From: Escherichia coli
GTDB taxonomy: Bacteria; Pseudomonadota; Gammaproteobacteria; Enterobacterales; Enterobacteriaceae
Reading direction: 5' to 3' (one strand)
Length of the DNA: 64,000 nt
Assembly: GCF_003790525.1 (NCBI RefSeq)
Contig: NZ_CP033635.1
The translations under genes were made by a program, and so were the position numbers. The number at the start of each line of letters is the position of its first letter. The first letter of the stretch is position 1. Below are positions 19,895 through 36,096 of the stretch, one piece after another. The notes under the pieces are model-generated. The model was not told the origin of the DNA. It made no database searches and worked only from the letters and a program-made list of their open reading frames with translations.

Positions 19895-19979
19895 TGAGTG
19901 CCCTGCGTTGAGTTCTGTTTGGATAATCTTACACTTAACCGTCGACGTCTGTCAGTGAAAGCGTATGCCCGTCATGATG

Positions 19980-20531
19980 TCAGGGCAATTCCGGCGGCAG
20001 CCACTCATCCACTTCTATCAACACCAGCAATGCCGCATCACCACCGTACTCTTTCGGTGCCTGATGAAATGCCATTACATGGGGATGTTGCGCCAGCCAC
20101 AGTGGCGTTTGCTGCTTCAAAATATGCTTACCATGACCATGCATCACACAGGCGCAAAACACATGTTCGCGGCGACAGGCGGCAATCAATGCGCCTAACT
20201 CCTGCTTGGCTTGCAGCTGCGTCAAACCGTGCAAATCCAAAAACAGCTCCGGTGAATAATCACCGCGCCGCAGTTTCTTCGCTTCAAAATGGCTGACATC
20301 CGGGCGAACATATTTCACCGGACCTTCGGTATTTAATAATGGTTGAAACTCATCGGAGAAATAATGGCTGGCATCGGCCTGCTCCTGAATCAACCGCTTG
20401 ACCGGCACTTCGCTGATTTTTTTACGCTGCGGTCGGTGGACAATCGTGTCCTGCTTAATCTTGCGAGTCCCCGCCATCAACTGGCGAAACAGCGCCTGGT
20501 CCTCCTCGCTAAGTGTTGTTTTCTTTTTCAT
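19980..20531 (-). CDS. smrB: Ribosome rescue factor SmrB (Smr-domain endonuclease)
   Basis: 183-aa ORF, Smr domain in C-terminal half; synteny next to prmB. Confidence 0.9.
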
Positions 20532-20696
20532 TTATCTGTCTCTATTTTTAATTTTCCTACAGTTTACCCGACTCACCGTACAATCGATCGCTTAAAACGT
20601 ATTTTTCCTCACTCACCGCGCGTGAATGCTGATTTATCGTCATCTTCATGGCAAACTAGCCGCCGAAATTATTGCGATCATGCCCTGGAGGAATAC

Positions 20697-21629
20697 GTGG
20701 ATAAAATTTTCGTTGATGAAGCAGTAAATGAGCTGCAAACCATTCAGGACATGTTGCGCTGGTCGGTGAGCCGCTTCAGCGCGGCGAATATCTGGTACGG
20801 CCACGGCACTGATAACCCGTGGGATGAAGCCGTGCAACTGGTGTTGCCTTCACTCTACCTGCCGCTGGATATCCCGGAAGACATGCGCACCGCGCGTCTG
20901 ACCTCCAGCGAAAAACACCGTATTGTTGAGCGCGTGATCCGCCGCGTCAACGAACGCATTCCGGTGGCTTACCTGACCAACAAAGCCTGGTTCTGCGGTC
21001 ATGAATTTTACGTCGATGAACGCGTGCTGGTGCCGCGCTCGCCGATTGGTGAACTGATCAACAATAAATTTGCCGGACTCATCAGCAAGCAACCGCAGCA
21101 CATTTTAGATATGTGTACCGGTAGCGGCTGCATCGCCATTGCCTGTGCTTATGCCTTCCCGGATGCAGAAGTCGACGCGGTTGATATCTCTCCCGACGCG
21201 CTGGCGGTTGCCGAACAGAATATCGAAGAACACGGTCTGATCCACAACGTCATTCCGATTCGCTCCGACTTGTTCCGTGATTTACCGAAAGTGCAGTACG
21301 ACCTGATTGTCACTAACCCGCCGTATGTCGATGCGGAAGATATGTCCGACCTGCCAAACGAATACCGCCACGAGCCGGAACTGGGCCTGGCATCTGGCAC
21401 CGACGGCCTGAAACTGACGCGTCGCATTCTCGGAAACGCGGCAGATTACCTCGCTGATGATGGCGTGCTGATTTGTGAAGTCGGCAACAGCATGGTACAT
21501 CTTATGGAACAATATCCGGATGTTCCGTTCACCTGGCTGGAGTTTGATAACGGCGGCGATGGTGTGTTTATGCTCACCAAAGAGCAGCTGCTGGCGGCCC
21601 GTGAACATTTCGCGATTTATAAAGATTAA
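20697..21629 (+). CDS. prmB: Ribosomal protein uL3 glutamine methyltransferase PrmB
   Basis: GTG start after GGAGG RBS gives 310-aa [14 protein letters not shown]...; NPPY methyltransferase motif; ORF-track 428-aa N-terminal extension rejected. Confidence 0.9.
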   Translation: MDKIFVDEAVNELQTIQDMLRWSVSRFSAANIWYGHGTDNPWDEAVQLVLPSLYLPLDIPEDMRTARLTSSEKHRIVERVIRRVNERIPVAYLTNKAWFCGHEFYVDERVLVPRSPIGELINNKFAGLISKQPQHILDMCTGSGCIAIACAYAFPDAEVDAVDISPDALAVAEQNIEEHGLIHNVIPIRSDLFRDLPKVQYDLIVTNPPYVDAEDMSDLPNEYRHEPELGLASGTDGLKLTRRILGNAADYLADDGVLICEVGNSMVHLMEQYPDVPFTWLEFDNGGDGVFMLTKEQLLAAREHFAIYKD

Positions 21630-21663
21630 GTAAACACGCAAACACAACAATAACGGAGCCGTG

Positions 21664-22749
21664 ATGGCTGGAAACACAATTGGACAACTCTTTCGCGTAA
21701 CCACCTTCGGCGAATCGCACGGGCTGGCGCTCGGCTGCATCGTCGATGGTGTTCCGCCAGGCATTCCGCTGACGGAAGCGGACCTGCAACATGACCTCGA
21801 CCGTCGTCGCCCTGGGACATCGCGCTATACCACCCAGCGTCGTGAGCCGGATCAGGTCAAAATTCTCTCCGGTGTTTTTGAAGGCGTTACTACCGGCACC
21901 AGCATCGGATTGTTGATCGAAAATACCGACCAGCGTTCTCAGGATTATAGTGCGATTAAGGACGTTTTCCGTCCAGGTCATGCCGATTACACTTACGAAC
22001 AAAAATACGGCCTGCGCGATTATCGCGGCGGCGGGCGCTCTTCCGCCCGAGAAACCGCCATGCGCGTGGCGGCAGGGGCGATTGCCAAAAAATATCTCGC
22101 CGAGAAATTTGGTATTGAAATCCGCGGCTGCCTGACCCAGATGGGTGACATTCCGCTGGAAATCAAAGACTGGTCGCAGGTCGAGCAAAATCCGTTTTTC
22201 TGCCCGGACCCGGACAAAATCGACGCGTTAGATGAACTGATGCGCGCGCTGAAAAAAGAGGGCGACTCCATCGGCGCGAAAGTCACCGTTGTTGCCAGTG
22301 GCGTCCCCGCCGGACTTGGCGAGCCGGTCTTTGATCGCCTGGATGCCGACATCGCCCATGCGCTGATGAGCATCAACGCGGTGAAAGGCGTAGAAATTGG
22401 TGATGGTTTTGACGTGGTAGCGCTGCGTGGCAGCCAGAACCGCGACGAAATCACCAAAGACGGATTCCAGAGCAACCATGCGGGCGGCATTCTTGGCGGT
22501 ATCAGCAGCGGGCAGCAAATCATTGCCCATATGGCGCTGAAGCCAACCTCCAGTATTACCGTGCCGGGGCGCACCATTAACCGCTTTGGCGAAGAAGTTG
22601 AGATGATCACCAAAGGTCGTCACGATCCTTGTGTTGGGATCCGCGCGGTGCCGATCGCGGAAGCGATGCTAGCGATCGTTTTAATGGATCACCTGTTACG
22701 GCAACGGGCGCAAAATGCCGATGTGAAGACTGATATTCCACGCTGGTAA
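21664..22749 (+). CDS. aroC: Chorismate synthase AroC
   Basis: 361-aa product [20 protein letters not shown]... Confidence 0.95.
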   Translation: MAGNTIGQLFRVTTFGESHGLALGCIVDGVPPGIPLTEADLQHDLDRRRPGTSRYTTQRREPDQVKILSGVFEGVTTGTSIGLLIENTDQRSQDYSAIKDVFRPGHADYTYEQKYGLRDYRGGGRSSARETAMRVAAGAIAKKYLAEKFGIEIRGCLTQMGDIPLEIKDWSQVEQNPFFCPDPDKIDALDELMRALKKEGDSIGAKVTVVASGVPAGLGEPVFDRLDADIAHALMSINAVKGVEIGDGFDVVALRGSQNRDEITKDGFQSNHAGGILGGISSGQQIIAHMALKPTSSITVPGRTINRFGEEVEMITKGRHDPCVGIRAVPIAEAMLAIVLMDHLLRQRAQNADVKTDIPRW

Positions 22750-22752
22750 AAA

Positions 22753-23577
22753 ATGAACAAAACCGCGATTGCGCTGCTGGCCCTGCTTGCCAGTAGCGCC
22801 AGCCTGGCAGCGACGCCGTGGCAAAAAATAACCCAACCTGTGCCGGGTAGCGCACAATCGATAGGCAGTTTTTCCAATGGTTGTATCGTCGGCGCTGACA
22901 CGCTGCCGATACAGTCCGAGCATTATCAGGTCATGCGTACCGATCAGCGTCGCTATTTCGGGCACCCGGATCTGGTGATGTTTATCCAGCGTCTGAGTCG
23001 CCAGGTGAGCAATCTGGGCATGGGTACGGTGCTGATTGGCGATATGGGGATGCCCGCTGGTGGTCGTTTCAACGGCGGTCACGCCAGCCACCAGACCGGA
23101 CTGGATGTCGATATCTTCCTGCAACTGCCGAAAACACGCTGGACCTCCGCGCAGCTCTTGCGCCCGCAAGCTCTGGACTTAGTTTCCCGCGACGGTAAAC
23201 ACGTTGTCCCCGCGCTGTGGAAGCCAGAAATTTTCAGCTTGATCAAACTCGCCGCCCAGGACAAAGACGTCACGCGCATTTTTGTTAATCCGGCGATTAA
23301 ACAACAACTTTGCCTTGATGCGGGCACCGATCGCGACTGGTTACGTAAAGTGCGACCCTGGTTCCAGCATCGCGCGCATATGCATGTACGATTACGTTGT
23401 CCTGCCGATAGTCTGGAGTGTGAAGATCAACCTTTACCGCCACCAGGCGATGGTTGCGGGGCAGAACTGCAAAGCTGGTTTGAACCACCAAAACCGGGAA
23501 CAACAAAGCCTGAGAAGAAGACACCGCCTCCGTTGCCGCCTTCCTGCCAGGCGCTACTGGATGAGCACGTGATCTAA
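22753..23577 (+). CDS. mepA: Penicillin-insensitive murein DD-endopeptidase MepA
   Basis: 274-aa signal-peptide ORF; synteny after aroC. Confidence 0.92.
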   Translation: MNKTAIALLALLASSASLAATPWQKITQPVPGSAQSIGSFSNGCIVGADTLPIQSEHYQVMRTDQRRYFGHPDLVMFIQRLSRQVSNLGMGTVLIGDMGMPAGGRFNGGHASHQTGLDVDIFLQLPKTRWTSAQLLRPQALDLVSRDGKHVVPALWKPEIFSLIKLAAQDKDVTRIFVNPAIKQQLCLDAGTDRDWLRKVRPWFQHRAHMHVRLRCPADSLECEDQPLPPPGDGCGAELQSWFEPPKPGTTKPEKKTPPPLPPSCQALLDEHVI

Positions 23578-24386
23578 TGGAAACGTTTAATAGCCTGTTT
23601 ATGGTTTCCCCGCTGTTGCTGGGAGTTCTCTTTTTTGTCGCCATGCTGGCGGGATTTATCGACTCGATTGCCGGTGGCGGTGGGTTACTCACCATTCCGG
23701 CATTGATGGCGGCGGGGATGTCTCCGGCTAACGCGCTGGCAACTAATAAACTGCAAGCCTGCGGCGGCTCTATTTCCGCCACTATCTACTTTATTCGGCG
23801 CAAAGTGGTTAGCTTAAGCGATCAGAAACTCAATATCGCCATGACCTTTGTCGGCTCAATGAGCGGCGCGCTGTTGGTGCAGTATGTTCAGGCCGATGTC
23901 TTACGGCAGATTTTACCGATCCTGGTGATTTGTATCGGCCTCTATTTTTTGCTGATGCCAAAACTGGGAGAAGAAGATCGCCAGCGCCGGATGTATGGAC
24001 TGCCATTTGCGCTGGTGGCGGGGGGCTGCGTCGGTTTTTACGATGGATTCTTTGGCCCGGCTGCTGGGTCGTTTTACGCGCTGGCCTTTGTTACGCTGTG
24101 CGGATTCAACCTCGCCAAAGCCACGGCCCACGCCAAATTACTCAACGCAACGTCAAACATCGGTGGTTTGCTGCTGTTTATTCTCGGCGGCAAAGTGATT
24201 TGGGCGACAGGATTTGTGATGTTGGTAGGACAGTTCCTCGGCGCGCGCATGGGGTCAAGACTGGTGTTGAGCAAAGGACAAAAGCTGATCCGCCCGATGA
24301 TCGTTATCGTCTCGGCGGTGATGAGTGCCAAATTACTTTACGATAGCCACGGACAGGAGATCCTCCACTGGTTGGGGATGAACTAA
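23577..24386 (+). CDS. yfcA: TSUP-family inner membrane protein YfcA
   Basis: 269-aa hydrophobic ORF; synteny. Confidence 0.88.
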   Translation: METFNSLFMVSPLLLGVLFFVAMLAGFIDSIAGGGGLLTIPALMAAGMSPANALATNKLQACGGSISATIYFIRRKVVSLSDQKLNIAMTFVGSMSGALLVQYVQADVLRQILPILVICIGLYFLLMPKLGEEDRQRRMYGLPFALVAGGCVGFYDGFFGPAAGSFYALAFVTLCGFNLAKATAHAKLLNATSNIGGLLLFILGGKVIWATGFVMLVGQFLGARMGSRLVLSKGQKLIRPMIVIVSAVMSAKLLYDSHGQEILHWLGMN

Positions 24387-24934
24387 TGAACAGTACACAC
24401 CACTATGAGCAGTTGATTGAGATTTTTAATAGCTGCTTTGCCGATGAATTTAATACCCGTCTGATTAAAGGCGACGACGAACCGATCTATCTTCCTGCTG
24501 ATGCGGAAGCACCGTATAACAGAATCGTCTTCGCTCATGGCTTTTATGCCAGCGCCATCCACGAGATTTCGCACTGGTGTATTGCCGGGAAAGCGCGCCG
24601 TGAGCTGGTTGATTTCGGTTACTGGTATTGCCCGGACGGACGCGATGCCCAAACGCAAAGCCAGTTTGAAGATGTTGAAGTGAAGCCGCAGGCGCTGGAC
24701 TGGTTGTTCTGCGTGGCGGCGGGATATCCGTTTAATGTTAGCTGCGACAATCTGGAAGGGGATTTCGAACCGGATCGTGTGGTGTTTCAACGGCGGGTAC
24801 ATGCGCAGGTGATGGATTATCTGGCAAACGGCATTCCCGAACGTCCGGCACGCTTCATTAAAGCACTACAAAATTATTATCACACGCCGGAACTTACGGC
24901 GGAACAGTTCCCGTGGCCGGAAGCGCTCAACTGA
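24386..24934 (+). CDS. epmC: EF-P lysine hydroxylase EpmC (YfcM)
   Basis: 182-aa ORF; synteny. Confidence 0.88.
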   Translation: MNSTHHYEQLIEIFNSCFADEFNTRLIKGDDEPIYLPADAEAPYNRIVFAHGFYASAIHEISHWCIAGKARRELVDFGYWYCPDGRDAQTQSQFEDVEVKPQALDWLFCVAAGYPFNVSCDNLEGDFEPDRVVFQRRVHAQVMDYLANGIPERPARFIKALQNYYHTPELTAEQFPWPEALN

Positions 24935-24967
24935 AGCCAGCGCCACGTTTTACAATGAGGAAAGAAG

Positions 24968-25246
24968 ATGATCGCGGAGTTTGAATCACGCATTCTGGCA
25001 TTAATCGACGGTATGGTTGACTATGCCAGTGATGATGAGTTGTTTGCCAGTGGGTATTTGCGTGGCCACCTGACATTAGCCATCGCAGAACTGGAAAGTG
25101 GTGACGACCACTCCGCTCAGGCGGTACATACAACCGTTAGCCAGAGTCTGGAAAAAGCTATTGGTGCCGGTGAATTGTCGCCGCGTGACCAGGCGCTGGT
25201 GACCGATATGTGGGAACACCTGTTTCAGCAGGCGTCACAGCAGTAA
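24968..25246 (+). CDS. yfcL: Uncharacterized protein YfcL
   Basis: 92-aa ORF; synteny. Confidence 0.8.
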   Translation: MIAEFESRILALIDGMVDYASDDELFASGYLRGHLTLAIAELESGDDHSAQAVHTTVSQSLEKAIGAGELSPRDQALVTDMWEHLFQQASQQ

Positions 25247-25253
25247 GTAATGT

Positions 25254-25283
25254 GCCGGATGCGGCGTTCACGCCATATCCGGC
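25254..25283. repeat. REP (repetitive extragenic palindrome) element
   Basis: GCCGGATGCGGCGTTCACGCCATATCCGGC between convergent yfcL and mnmC; classic REP sequence. Confidence 0.75.
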
Positions 25284-25301
25284 AAGCAATGCCAGAGCAG
25301 A

Positions 25302-27374
<2,073 letters not shown>

Positions 27375-27466
27375 CTATTAATTGGCTGATCGGACTTGTT
27401 CGGCGTACAAGTGTACGCTATTGTGCATGCGAAACTTACTCTATGTGCGACTTACAGAGGTATTGA

Positions 27467-28687
27467 ATGAAACGTGCAGTGATTACTGGCCTGGGCATTG
27501 TTTCCAGCATCGGTAATAACCAGCAGGAAGTCCTGGCATCTCTGCGTGAAGGACGTTCAGGGATCACTTTCTCTCAGGAGCTGAAGGATTCCGGCATGCG
27601 TAGCCACGTCTGGGGCAACGTAAAACTGGATACCACTGGCCTCATTGACCGCAAAGTTGTGCGCTTTATGAGCGACGCATCCATTTATGCATTCCTTTCT
27701 ATGGAGCAGGCAATTGCAGATGCTGGCCTCTCCCCGGAAGCTTACCAGAATAACCCGCGCGTTGGCCTGATTGCAGGTTCCGGCGGCGGTTCCCCGCGTT
27801 TCCAGGTTTTCGGCGCTGACGCAATGCGCGGCCCGCGAGGCCTGAAAGCGGTTGGCCCGTATGTGGTCACCAAAGCGATGGCATCCGGCGTTTCTGCCTG
27901 CCTCGCCACGCCGTTTAAAATTCACGGCGTTAACTACTCCATCAGCTCCGCGTGTGCGACTTCCGCACACTGTATCGGTAACGCAGTAGAGCAGATCCAA
28001 CTGGGCAAACAGGACATCGTGTTTGCTGGCGGCGGCGAAGAGCTGTGCTGGGAAATGGCTTGCGAATTCGACGCGATGGGTGCGCTGTCTACTAAATACA
28101 ACGACACCCCGGAAAAAGCCTCCCGTACTTACGACGCTCACCGTGACGGTTTCGTTATCGCTGGCGGTGGCGGTATGGTAGTGGTTGAAGAGCTGGAACA
28201 CGCGCTGGCGCGTGGTGCTCACATCTATGCTGAAATCGTTGGCTACGGCGCAACCTCTGATGGCGCAGACATGGTTGCTCCGTCTGGCGAAGGTGCAGTG
28301 CGCTGCATGAAGATGGCGATGCACGGTGTTGATACCCCAATCGACTACCTGAACTCTCATGGTACTTCGACTCCGGTTGGCGACGTGAAAGAACTGGCAG
28401 CTATCCGTGAAGTGTTCGGCGATAAGAGCCCGGCGATTTCTGCAACCAAAGCAATGACCGGTCACTCACTGGGCGCTGCTGGCGTACAGGAAGCTATCTA
28501 CTCTCTGCTGATGCTGGAACACGGTTTTATCGCCCCGAGCATCAACATTGAAGAGCTGGACGAGCAGGCTGCGGGTCTGAACATCGTGACCGAAACGACC
28601 GATCGCGAACTGACCACCGTTATGTCTAACAGCTTCGGCTTCGGCGGCACTAACGCCACGCTGGTAATGCGCAAGCTGAAAGATTAA
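27467..28687 (+). CDS. fabB: 3-oxoacyl-ACP synthase I FabB
   Basis: 406-aa [21 protein letters not shown]...; condensing-enzyme family. Confidence 0.95.
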
Positions 28688-28730
28688 TTCGGAGTGGTTA
28701 CGCACCAATGCGGCCTCCGGCACTAACGCA

Positions 28731-28757
28731 AAAGGGAACCCGATGGTTCCCTTTTTC
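28731..28757 (+). terminator. Intrinsic terminator after fabB
   Basis: AAAGGGAACCcgatGGTTCCCTTTTTC. Confidence 0.75.
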
Positions 28758-28915
28758 ACATCATTGACAATCGCCGCCAGTTCCAGGCAAACTTCCCGCT
28801 TTGTCGATATCCTGCTAAAAAGACGTATGCGTTAAATCCTGCCAACGCACCGTAACCCTGAAACCAGAGAGATGAGACGGGGATACTCCTCGCCTTGCGC
28901 TGCATTCTGGAGTAA

Positions 28916-31089
<2,174 letters not shown>

Positions 31090-31187
31090 TACGTATCCTT
31101 ATACCTGAAATCTTCGCAAGTATGCCTGGCCGCGAGATTATGGCACACTTGTCCGGTTAACTCTCGTCTCATACAGGTAACACAAAC

Positions 31188-32324
31188 GTGAAAATCCTTG
31201 TTGATGAAAATATGCCTTATGCCCGCGACTTATTTAGCCGTTTGGGTGAGGTGACCGCGGTTCCCGGGCGTCCAATTCCCGTCGCTCAACTGGCCGACGC
31301 GGATGCGCTGATGGTGCGTTCGGTCACGAAAGTGAATGAATCTTTGCTGGCAGGAAAACCCATTAAATTTGTTGGCACTGCCACAGCGGGGACCGACCAT
31401 GTCGATGAAGCGTGGTTAAAGCAGGCGGGAATTGGTTTTTCCGCTGCACCTGGCTGTAATGCGATTGCGGTGGTGGAATATGTTTTCTCCTCCCTGCTGA
31501 TGCTTGCCGAACGCGATGGATTTTCACTGCACGAGCGTACCGTGGGGATCGTGGGCGTTGGTAACGTTGGTCGCCGTTTACAGGCACGACTGGAAGCGTT
31601 AGGGATTAAAACCTTACTTTGCGATCCGCCTCGCGCCGACCGTGGAGATGAGGGTGATTTCCGCTCGCTGGATGAATTAGTTCAGCATGCGGATATTCTG
31701 ACTTTCCATACGCCACTCTTTAAAGACGGGCCGTACAAAACGCTGCATCTGGCGGATGAAAAACTGATCCGCAGCCTGAAACCAGGAGCGATTCTGATTA
31801 ACGCCTGCCGTGGCGCAGTTGTCGATAATACCGCCCTGCTGACCTGCCTGAACGAAGGCCAGAAGTTAAGCGTAGTGCTGGATGTCTGGGAAGGCGAACC
31901 GGAACTTAACGTGGAATTGCTGAAAAAAGTGGATATCGGCACGCCGCATATCGCAGGCTATACCCTGGAAGGTAAAGCACGCGGTACTACGCAAGTGTTT
32001 GAAGCTTATAGCAAGTTTATTGGGCATGAACAGCACGTTGCGCTGGATACATTACTGCCCGCGCCAGAGTTTGGTCGCATTACGCTGCATGGCCCGCTCG
32101 ATCAGCCAACGCTGAAAAGGCTGGTGCATTTGGTGTATGATGTGCGCCGCGATGACGCGCCACTGCGTAAAGTCGCCGGGATACCGGGTGAGTTCGATAA
32201 GCTGCGCAAAAACTATCTTGAGCGCCGTGAATGGTCATCTCTGTATGTAATTTGTGATGACGCCAGTGCGGCATCATTGCTGTGTAAACTGGGTTTTAAC
32301 GCCGTCCATCATCCGGCACGTTAA
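31188..32324 (+). CDS. pdxB: Erythronate-4-phosphate dehydrogenase PdxB
   Basis: 378-aa [15 protein letters not shown]..., D-2-hydroxyacid dehydrogenase family. Confidence 0.93.
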   Translation: MKILVDENMPYARDLFSRLGEVTAVPGRPIPVAQLADADALMVRSVTKVNESLLAGKPIKFVGTATAGTDHVDEAWLKQAGIGFSAAPGCNAIAVVEYVFSSLLMLAERDGFSLHERTVGIVGVGNVGRRLQARLEALGIKTLLCDPPRADRGDEGDFRSLDELVQHADILTFHTPLFKDGPYKTLHLADEKLIRSLKPGAILINACRGAVVDNTALLTCLNEGQKLSVVLDVWEGEPELNVELLKKVDIGTPHIAGYTLEGKARGTTQVFEAYSKFIGHEQHVALDTLLPAPEFGRITLHGPLDQPTLKRLVHLVYDVRRDDAPLRKVAGIPGEFDKLRKNYLERREWSSLYVICDDASAASLLCKLGFNAVHHPAR

Positions 32325-32389
32325 TCTCTTCTTCATGCTCTCTGCTGTAATATTGGCAGGGAGCTTTGCTATTTCTGGAGTAAACCACC

Positions 32390-33403
32390 ATGTCTGAAGG
32401 CTGGAACATTGCCGTCCTGGGCGCAACTGGCGCTGTGGGCGAAGCCCTGCTTGAAACGCTGGCTGAACGTCAGTTCCCGGTTGGGGAAATTTATGCACTG
32501 GCACGTAACGAAAGCGCAGGCGAACAACTGCGCTTTGGTGGTAAGACAATCACCGTGCAGGATGCCGCTGAATTCGACTGGACGCAGGCGCAGCTGGCGT
32601 TTTTTGTTGCAGGCAAAGAAGCTACCGCTGCCTGGGTTGAAGAAGCGACCAACTCAGGTTGTCTGGTGATCGACAGCAGCGGATTGTTTGCTCTCGAACC
32701 CGACGTACCGCTGGTGGTGCCGGAAGTAAACCCGTTTGTACTGACCGATTACCGCAACCGGAATGTCATCGCCGTACCAGACAGTCTGACCAGCCAGCTG
32801 CTGGCGGCACTGAAACCGCTAATTGATCAGGGCGGTTTATCACGTATCAGCGTTACCAGCCTGATTTCAGCCTCCGCCCAGGGTAAAAAAGCGGTCGATG
32901 CGTTAGCGGGGCAGAGTGCTAAATTACTCAATGGCATTCCGATTGACGAAGAAGATTTCTTCGGGCGTCAACTGGCATTCAATATGCTGCCGTTACTGCC
33001 GGATAGCGAAGGTAGCGTGCGTGAAGAACGTCGTATCGTTGACGAAGTACGCAAAATCCTGCAGGACGAAGGGCTGATGATTTCGGCAAGCGTCGTCCAG
33101 GCACCGGTATTCTATGGTCATGCCCAGATGGTCAACTTTGAAGCACTGCGTCCGCTGGCGGCAGAAGAAGCGCGTGATGCGTTTGCTCAGGGCGAAGATA
33201 TTGTGCTCTCTGAAGAGAACGAATTCCCGACTCAGGTGGGGGATGCTTCTGGTACGCCGCATCTTTCCGTTGGCTGCGTACGTAATGATTACGGTATGCC
33301 GGAGCAAGTTCAGTTCTGGTCGGTGGCCGATAACGTTCGCTTTGGCGGCGCGCTGATGGCAGTAAAAATCGCCGAGAAACTGGTGCAGGAGTATCTGTAC
33401 TAA
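32390..33403 (+). CDS. usg: Aspartate-semialdehyde dehydrogenase paralogue Usg
   Basis: 337-aa ORF with NAD-binding VLGATGAVG; overlaps truA start. Confidence 0.9.
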   Translation: MSEGWNIAVLGATGAVGEALLETLAERQFPVGEIYALARNESAGEQLRFGGKTITVQDAAEFDWTQAQLAFFVAGKEATAAWVEEATNSGCLVIDSSGLFALEPDVPLVVPEVNPFVLTDYRNRNVIAVPDSLTSQLLAALKPLIDQGGLSRISVTSLISASAQGKKAVDALAGQSAKLLNGIPIDEEDFFGRQLAFNMLPLLPDSEGSVREERRIVDEVRKILQDEGLMISASVVQAPVFYGHAQMVNFEALRPLAAEEARDAFAQGEDIVLSEENEFPTQVGDASGTPHLSVGCVRNDYGMPEQVQFWSVADNVRFGGALMAVKIAEKLVQEYLY

Positions 33404-34215
33404 TGTCCGACCAGCAACAACCGCCAGTTTATAAAATTGCGCTGGGCATTGAGTACGACGGCAGTAAGTATTACGGCTGGCAACGGCAGAACGAAGTCCG
33501 CAGTGTGCAGGAGAAGCTGGAAAAGGCGCTCTCCCAGGTGGCGAACGAACCCATCACCGTCTTCTGCGCCGGGCGTACTGACGCAGGTGTACACGGCACC
33601 GGGCAGGTTGTGCATTTCGAAACGACCGCGCAGCGCAAAGACGCTGCGTGGACGTTGGGCGTAAATGCGAATTTACCTGGTGACATCGCCGTGCGTTGGG
33701 TTAAAGCTGTACCTGATGATTTTCATGCCCGATTTAGCGCCACGGCTCGCCGTTATCGCTACATCATCTACAATCATCGGCTGCGCCCGGCGGTATTGAG
33801 TAAAGGAGTAACCCATTTTTACGAACCGCTGGACGCTGAACGGATGCATCGGGCTGCGCAATGTTTGCTGGGCGAGAATGATTTCACCTCGTTCCGTGCG
33901 GTGCAGTGTCAGTCCCGGACCCCGTGGCGCAACGTTATGCATATTAATGTCACGCGTCACGGTCCTTATGTGGTGGTAGATATCAAAGCGAATGCCTTTG
34001 TACATCATATGGTCAGGAATATTGTCGGCAGCCTGATGGAAGTCGGTGCCCACAACCAGCCGGAGAGCTGGATAGCAGAGTTGCTGGCGGCAAAGGACAG
34101 AACGCTGGCGGCAGCAACGGCAAAAGCGGAAGGGCTATATCTGGTCGCGGTGGATTACCCTGACCGATATGATCTTCCAAAACCGCCAATGGGCCCGCTA
34201 TTTCTGGCGGACTAA
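33403..34215 (+). CDS. truA: tRNA pseudouridine(38-40) synthase TruA
   Basis: 270-aa ORF; catalytic RTDAGVH motif. Confidence 0.93.
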   Translation: MSDQQQPPVYKIALGIEYDGSKYYGWQRQNEVRSVQEKLEKALSQVANEPITVFCAGRTDAGVHGTGQVVHFETTAQRKDAAWTLGVNANLPGDIAVRWVKAVPDDFHARFSATARRYRYIIYNHRLRPAVLSKGVTHFYEPLDAERMHRAAQCLLGENDFTSFRAVQCQSRTPWRNVMHINVTRHGPYVVVDIKANAFVHHMVRNIVGSLMEVGAHNQPESWIAELLAAKDRTLAAATAKAEGLYLVAVDYPDRYDLPKPPMGPLFLAD

Positions 34216-34297
34216 CGAGAATAACGCTCGGAACATTTCAGGCTGTAGCCAACGTAGTTACAGCCTGAAAGATGACGAGTACAAGGCATAGGCAAAT

Positions 34298-34957
34298 ATG
34301 GACCTGATTTATTTCCTCATCGATTTTATCCTGCACATTGACGTGCATCTGGCAGAACTGGTCGCGGAGTATGGCGTCTGGGTTTATGCCATTTTGTTCT
34401 TAATTTTGTTCTGTGAAACCGGTCTGGTGGTAACGCCGTTTTTACCGGGTGATTCATTGCTGTTTGTTGCCGGTGCGTTGGCATCACTGGAAACCAACGA
34501 TCTCAACGTCCATATGATGGTGGTGCTGATGCTGATCGCCGCGATTGTGGGTGACGCGGTGAACTACACCATTGGACGGTTATTTGGTGACAAACTGTTC
34601 AGTAATCCGGATTCGAAAATCTTTCGTCGCAGTTATCTTGATAAGACTCATCAGTTTTATGAGAAACATGGCGGCAAAACGATTATTCTCGCCCGTTTTG
34701 TGCCGATCGTCAGAACGTTCGCGCCGTTCGTTGCGGGAATGGGCCACATGTCGTATCGTCATTTCGCCGCTTTTAACGTCATCGGCGCGTTGCTATGGGT
34801 ACTGATTTTTACCTACGCGGGTTATTTCTTCGGAACGCTCCCCTTCATTCAGAGCAACCTTAAACTGATGATTGTTGGCATTATTTTTGTTTCAATATTG
34901 CCAGGTGTTTTCGAATTTATTCGCCACAAACGCGCTGCGGCACGCGCCGCAAAATAA
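34298..34957 (+). CDS. dedA: DedA-family inner membrane protein
   Basis: 219-aa hydrophobic ORF; synteny. Confidence 0.9.
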   Translation: MDLIYFLIDFILHIDVHLAELVAEYGVWVYAILFLILFCETGLVVTPFLPGDSLLFVAGALASLETNDLNVHMMVVLMLIAAIVGDAVNYTIGRLFGDKLFSNPDSKIFRRSYLDKTHQFYEKHGGKTIILARFVPIVRTFAPFVAGMGHMSYRHFAAFNVIGALLWVLIFTYAGYFFGTLPFIQSNLKLMIVGIIFVSILPGVFEFIRHKRAAARAAK

Positions 34958-35112
34958 AAAGTAACTCCGCGGTTCGACCACTTTTTTATCCAAAGTTTCG
35001 GGCTGTTATGTTTTAATGTGCAACATTCATGGTCTGTTGGGGGCAAAAATGGCATTATGCGTCCCCAAAGATAAAACTGGCATCGAACCAGGTTCAGACA
35101 GAAAGGTCCCTA

Positions 35113-36027
35113 ATGAGCTGGATTGAACGAATTAAAAGCAACATTACTCCCACCCGCAAGGCGAGCATTCCTGAAGGGGTGTGGACTAAGTGTGATAGCT
35201 GCGGTCAGGTTTTATACCGCGCTGAGCTGGAACGTAATCTTGAGGTCTGTCCGAAGTGTGACCATCACATGCGTATGACAGCGCGTAATCGCCTGCATAG
35301 CCTGTTAGATGAAGGAAGCCTTGTGGAGCTGGGTAGCGAGCTTGAGCCGAAAGATGTGCTGAAGTTTCGTGACTCCAAGAAGTATAAAGACCGTCTGGCA
35401 TCTGCGCAGAAAGAAACCGGCGAAAAAGATGCGCTGGTGGTGATGAAAGGCACCCTGTATGGAATGCCGGTTGTCGCTGCGGCATTCGAGTTCGCCTTTA
35501 TGGGCGGTTCCATGGGGTCTGTGGTAGGTGCACGTTTCGTGCGTGCCGTTGAGCAGGCGCTGGAAGATAACTGCCCACTGATCTGCTTCTCCGCCTCTGG
35601 TGGCGCACGTATGCAGGAAGCACTGATGTCGCTGATGCAGATGGCGAAAACCTCTGCGGCGCTGGCAAAAATGCAGGAGCGCGGCTTGCCGTACATCTCC
35701 GTGCTGACCGACCCGACCATGGGTGGTGTTTCTGCAAGTTTCGCTATGCTGGGCGATCTCAACATCGCTGAACCGAAAGCGTTAATCGGCTTTGCCGGTC
35801 CGCGTGTTATCGAACAGACCGTTCGCGAAAAACTGCCGCCAGGATTCCAGCGCAGTGAATTCCTGATCGAGAAAGGCGCGATCGACATGATCGTCCGTCG
35901 TCCGGAAATGCGCCTGAAACTGGCGAGTATTCTGGCGAAGTTGATGAATCTGCCAGCGCCGAATCCTGAAGCGCCGCGTGAAGGCGTAGTGGTGCCACCG
36001 GTACCAGATCAGGAACCTGAGGCCTGA
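35113..36027 (+). CDS. accD: Acetyl-CoA carboxylase carboxyltransferase beta subunit AccD
   Basis: 304-aa product [10 protein letters not shown]... with Cys4 zinc finger (CDSCGQ...CPKCDHH); upstream extension of ORF 35029 rejected. Confidence 0.93.
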
Positions 36028-36036
36028 TAACTGATA

Positions 36037-36066
36037 AGGGCAGGGCCACTGGCTCTGCCCTTTTGC
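36037..36066 (+). terminator. Intrinsic terminator after accD
   Basis: AAGGGCAGggccactggctCTGCCCTTTTGC. Confidence 0.7.
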
Positions 36067-36096
36067 TATTCTCACCGTAACGAATCAGCGGATACC

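Noticed and set aside
17852-19979. Retron (RT + msr/msd ncRNA) associated with the ATPase/HNH pair
   Set aside because: No reverse transcriptase ORF and only 85 bp of non-coding DNA upstream, too short for a retron ncRNA; treated as a stand-alone pair.
20343-20696. N-terminal extension of the prmB ORF (428-aa version)
   Set aside because: Extension overlaps the smrB coding region on the opposite strand; a GTG with GGAGG RBS at 20697 gives the expected 310-aa PrmB.
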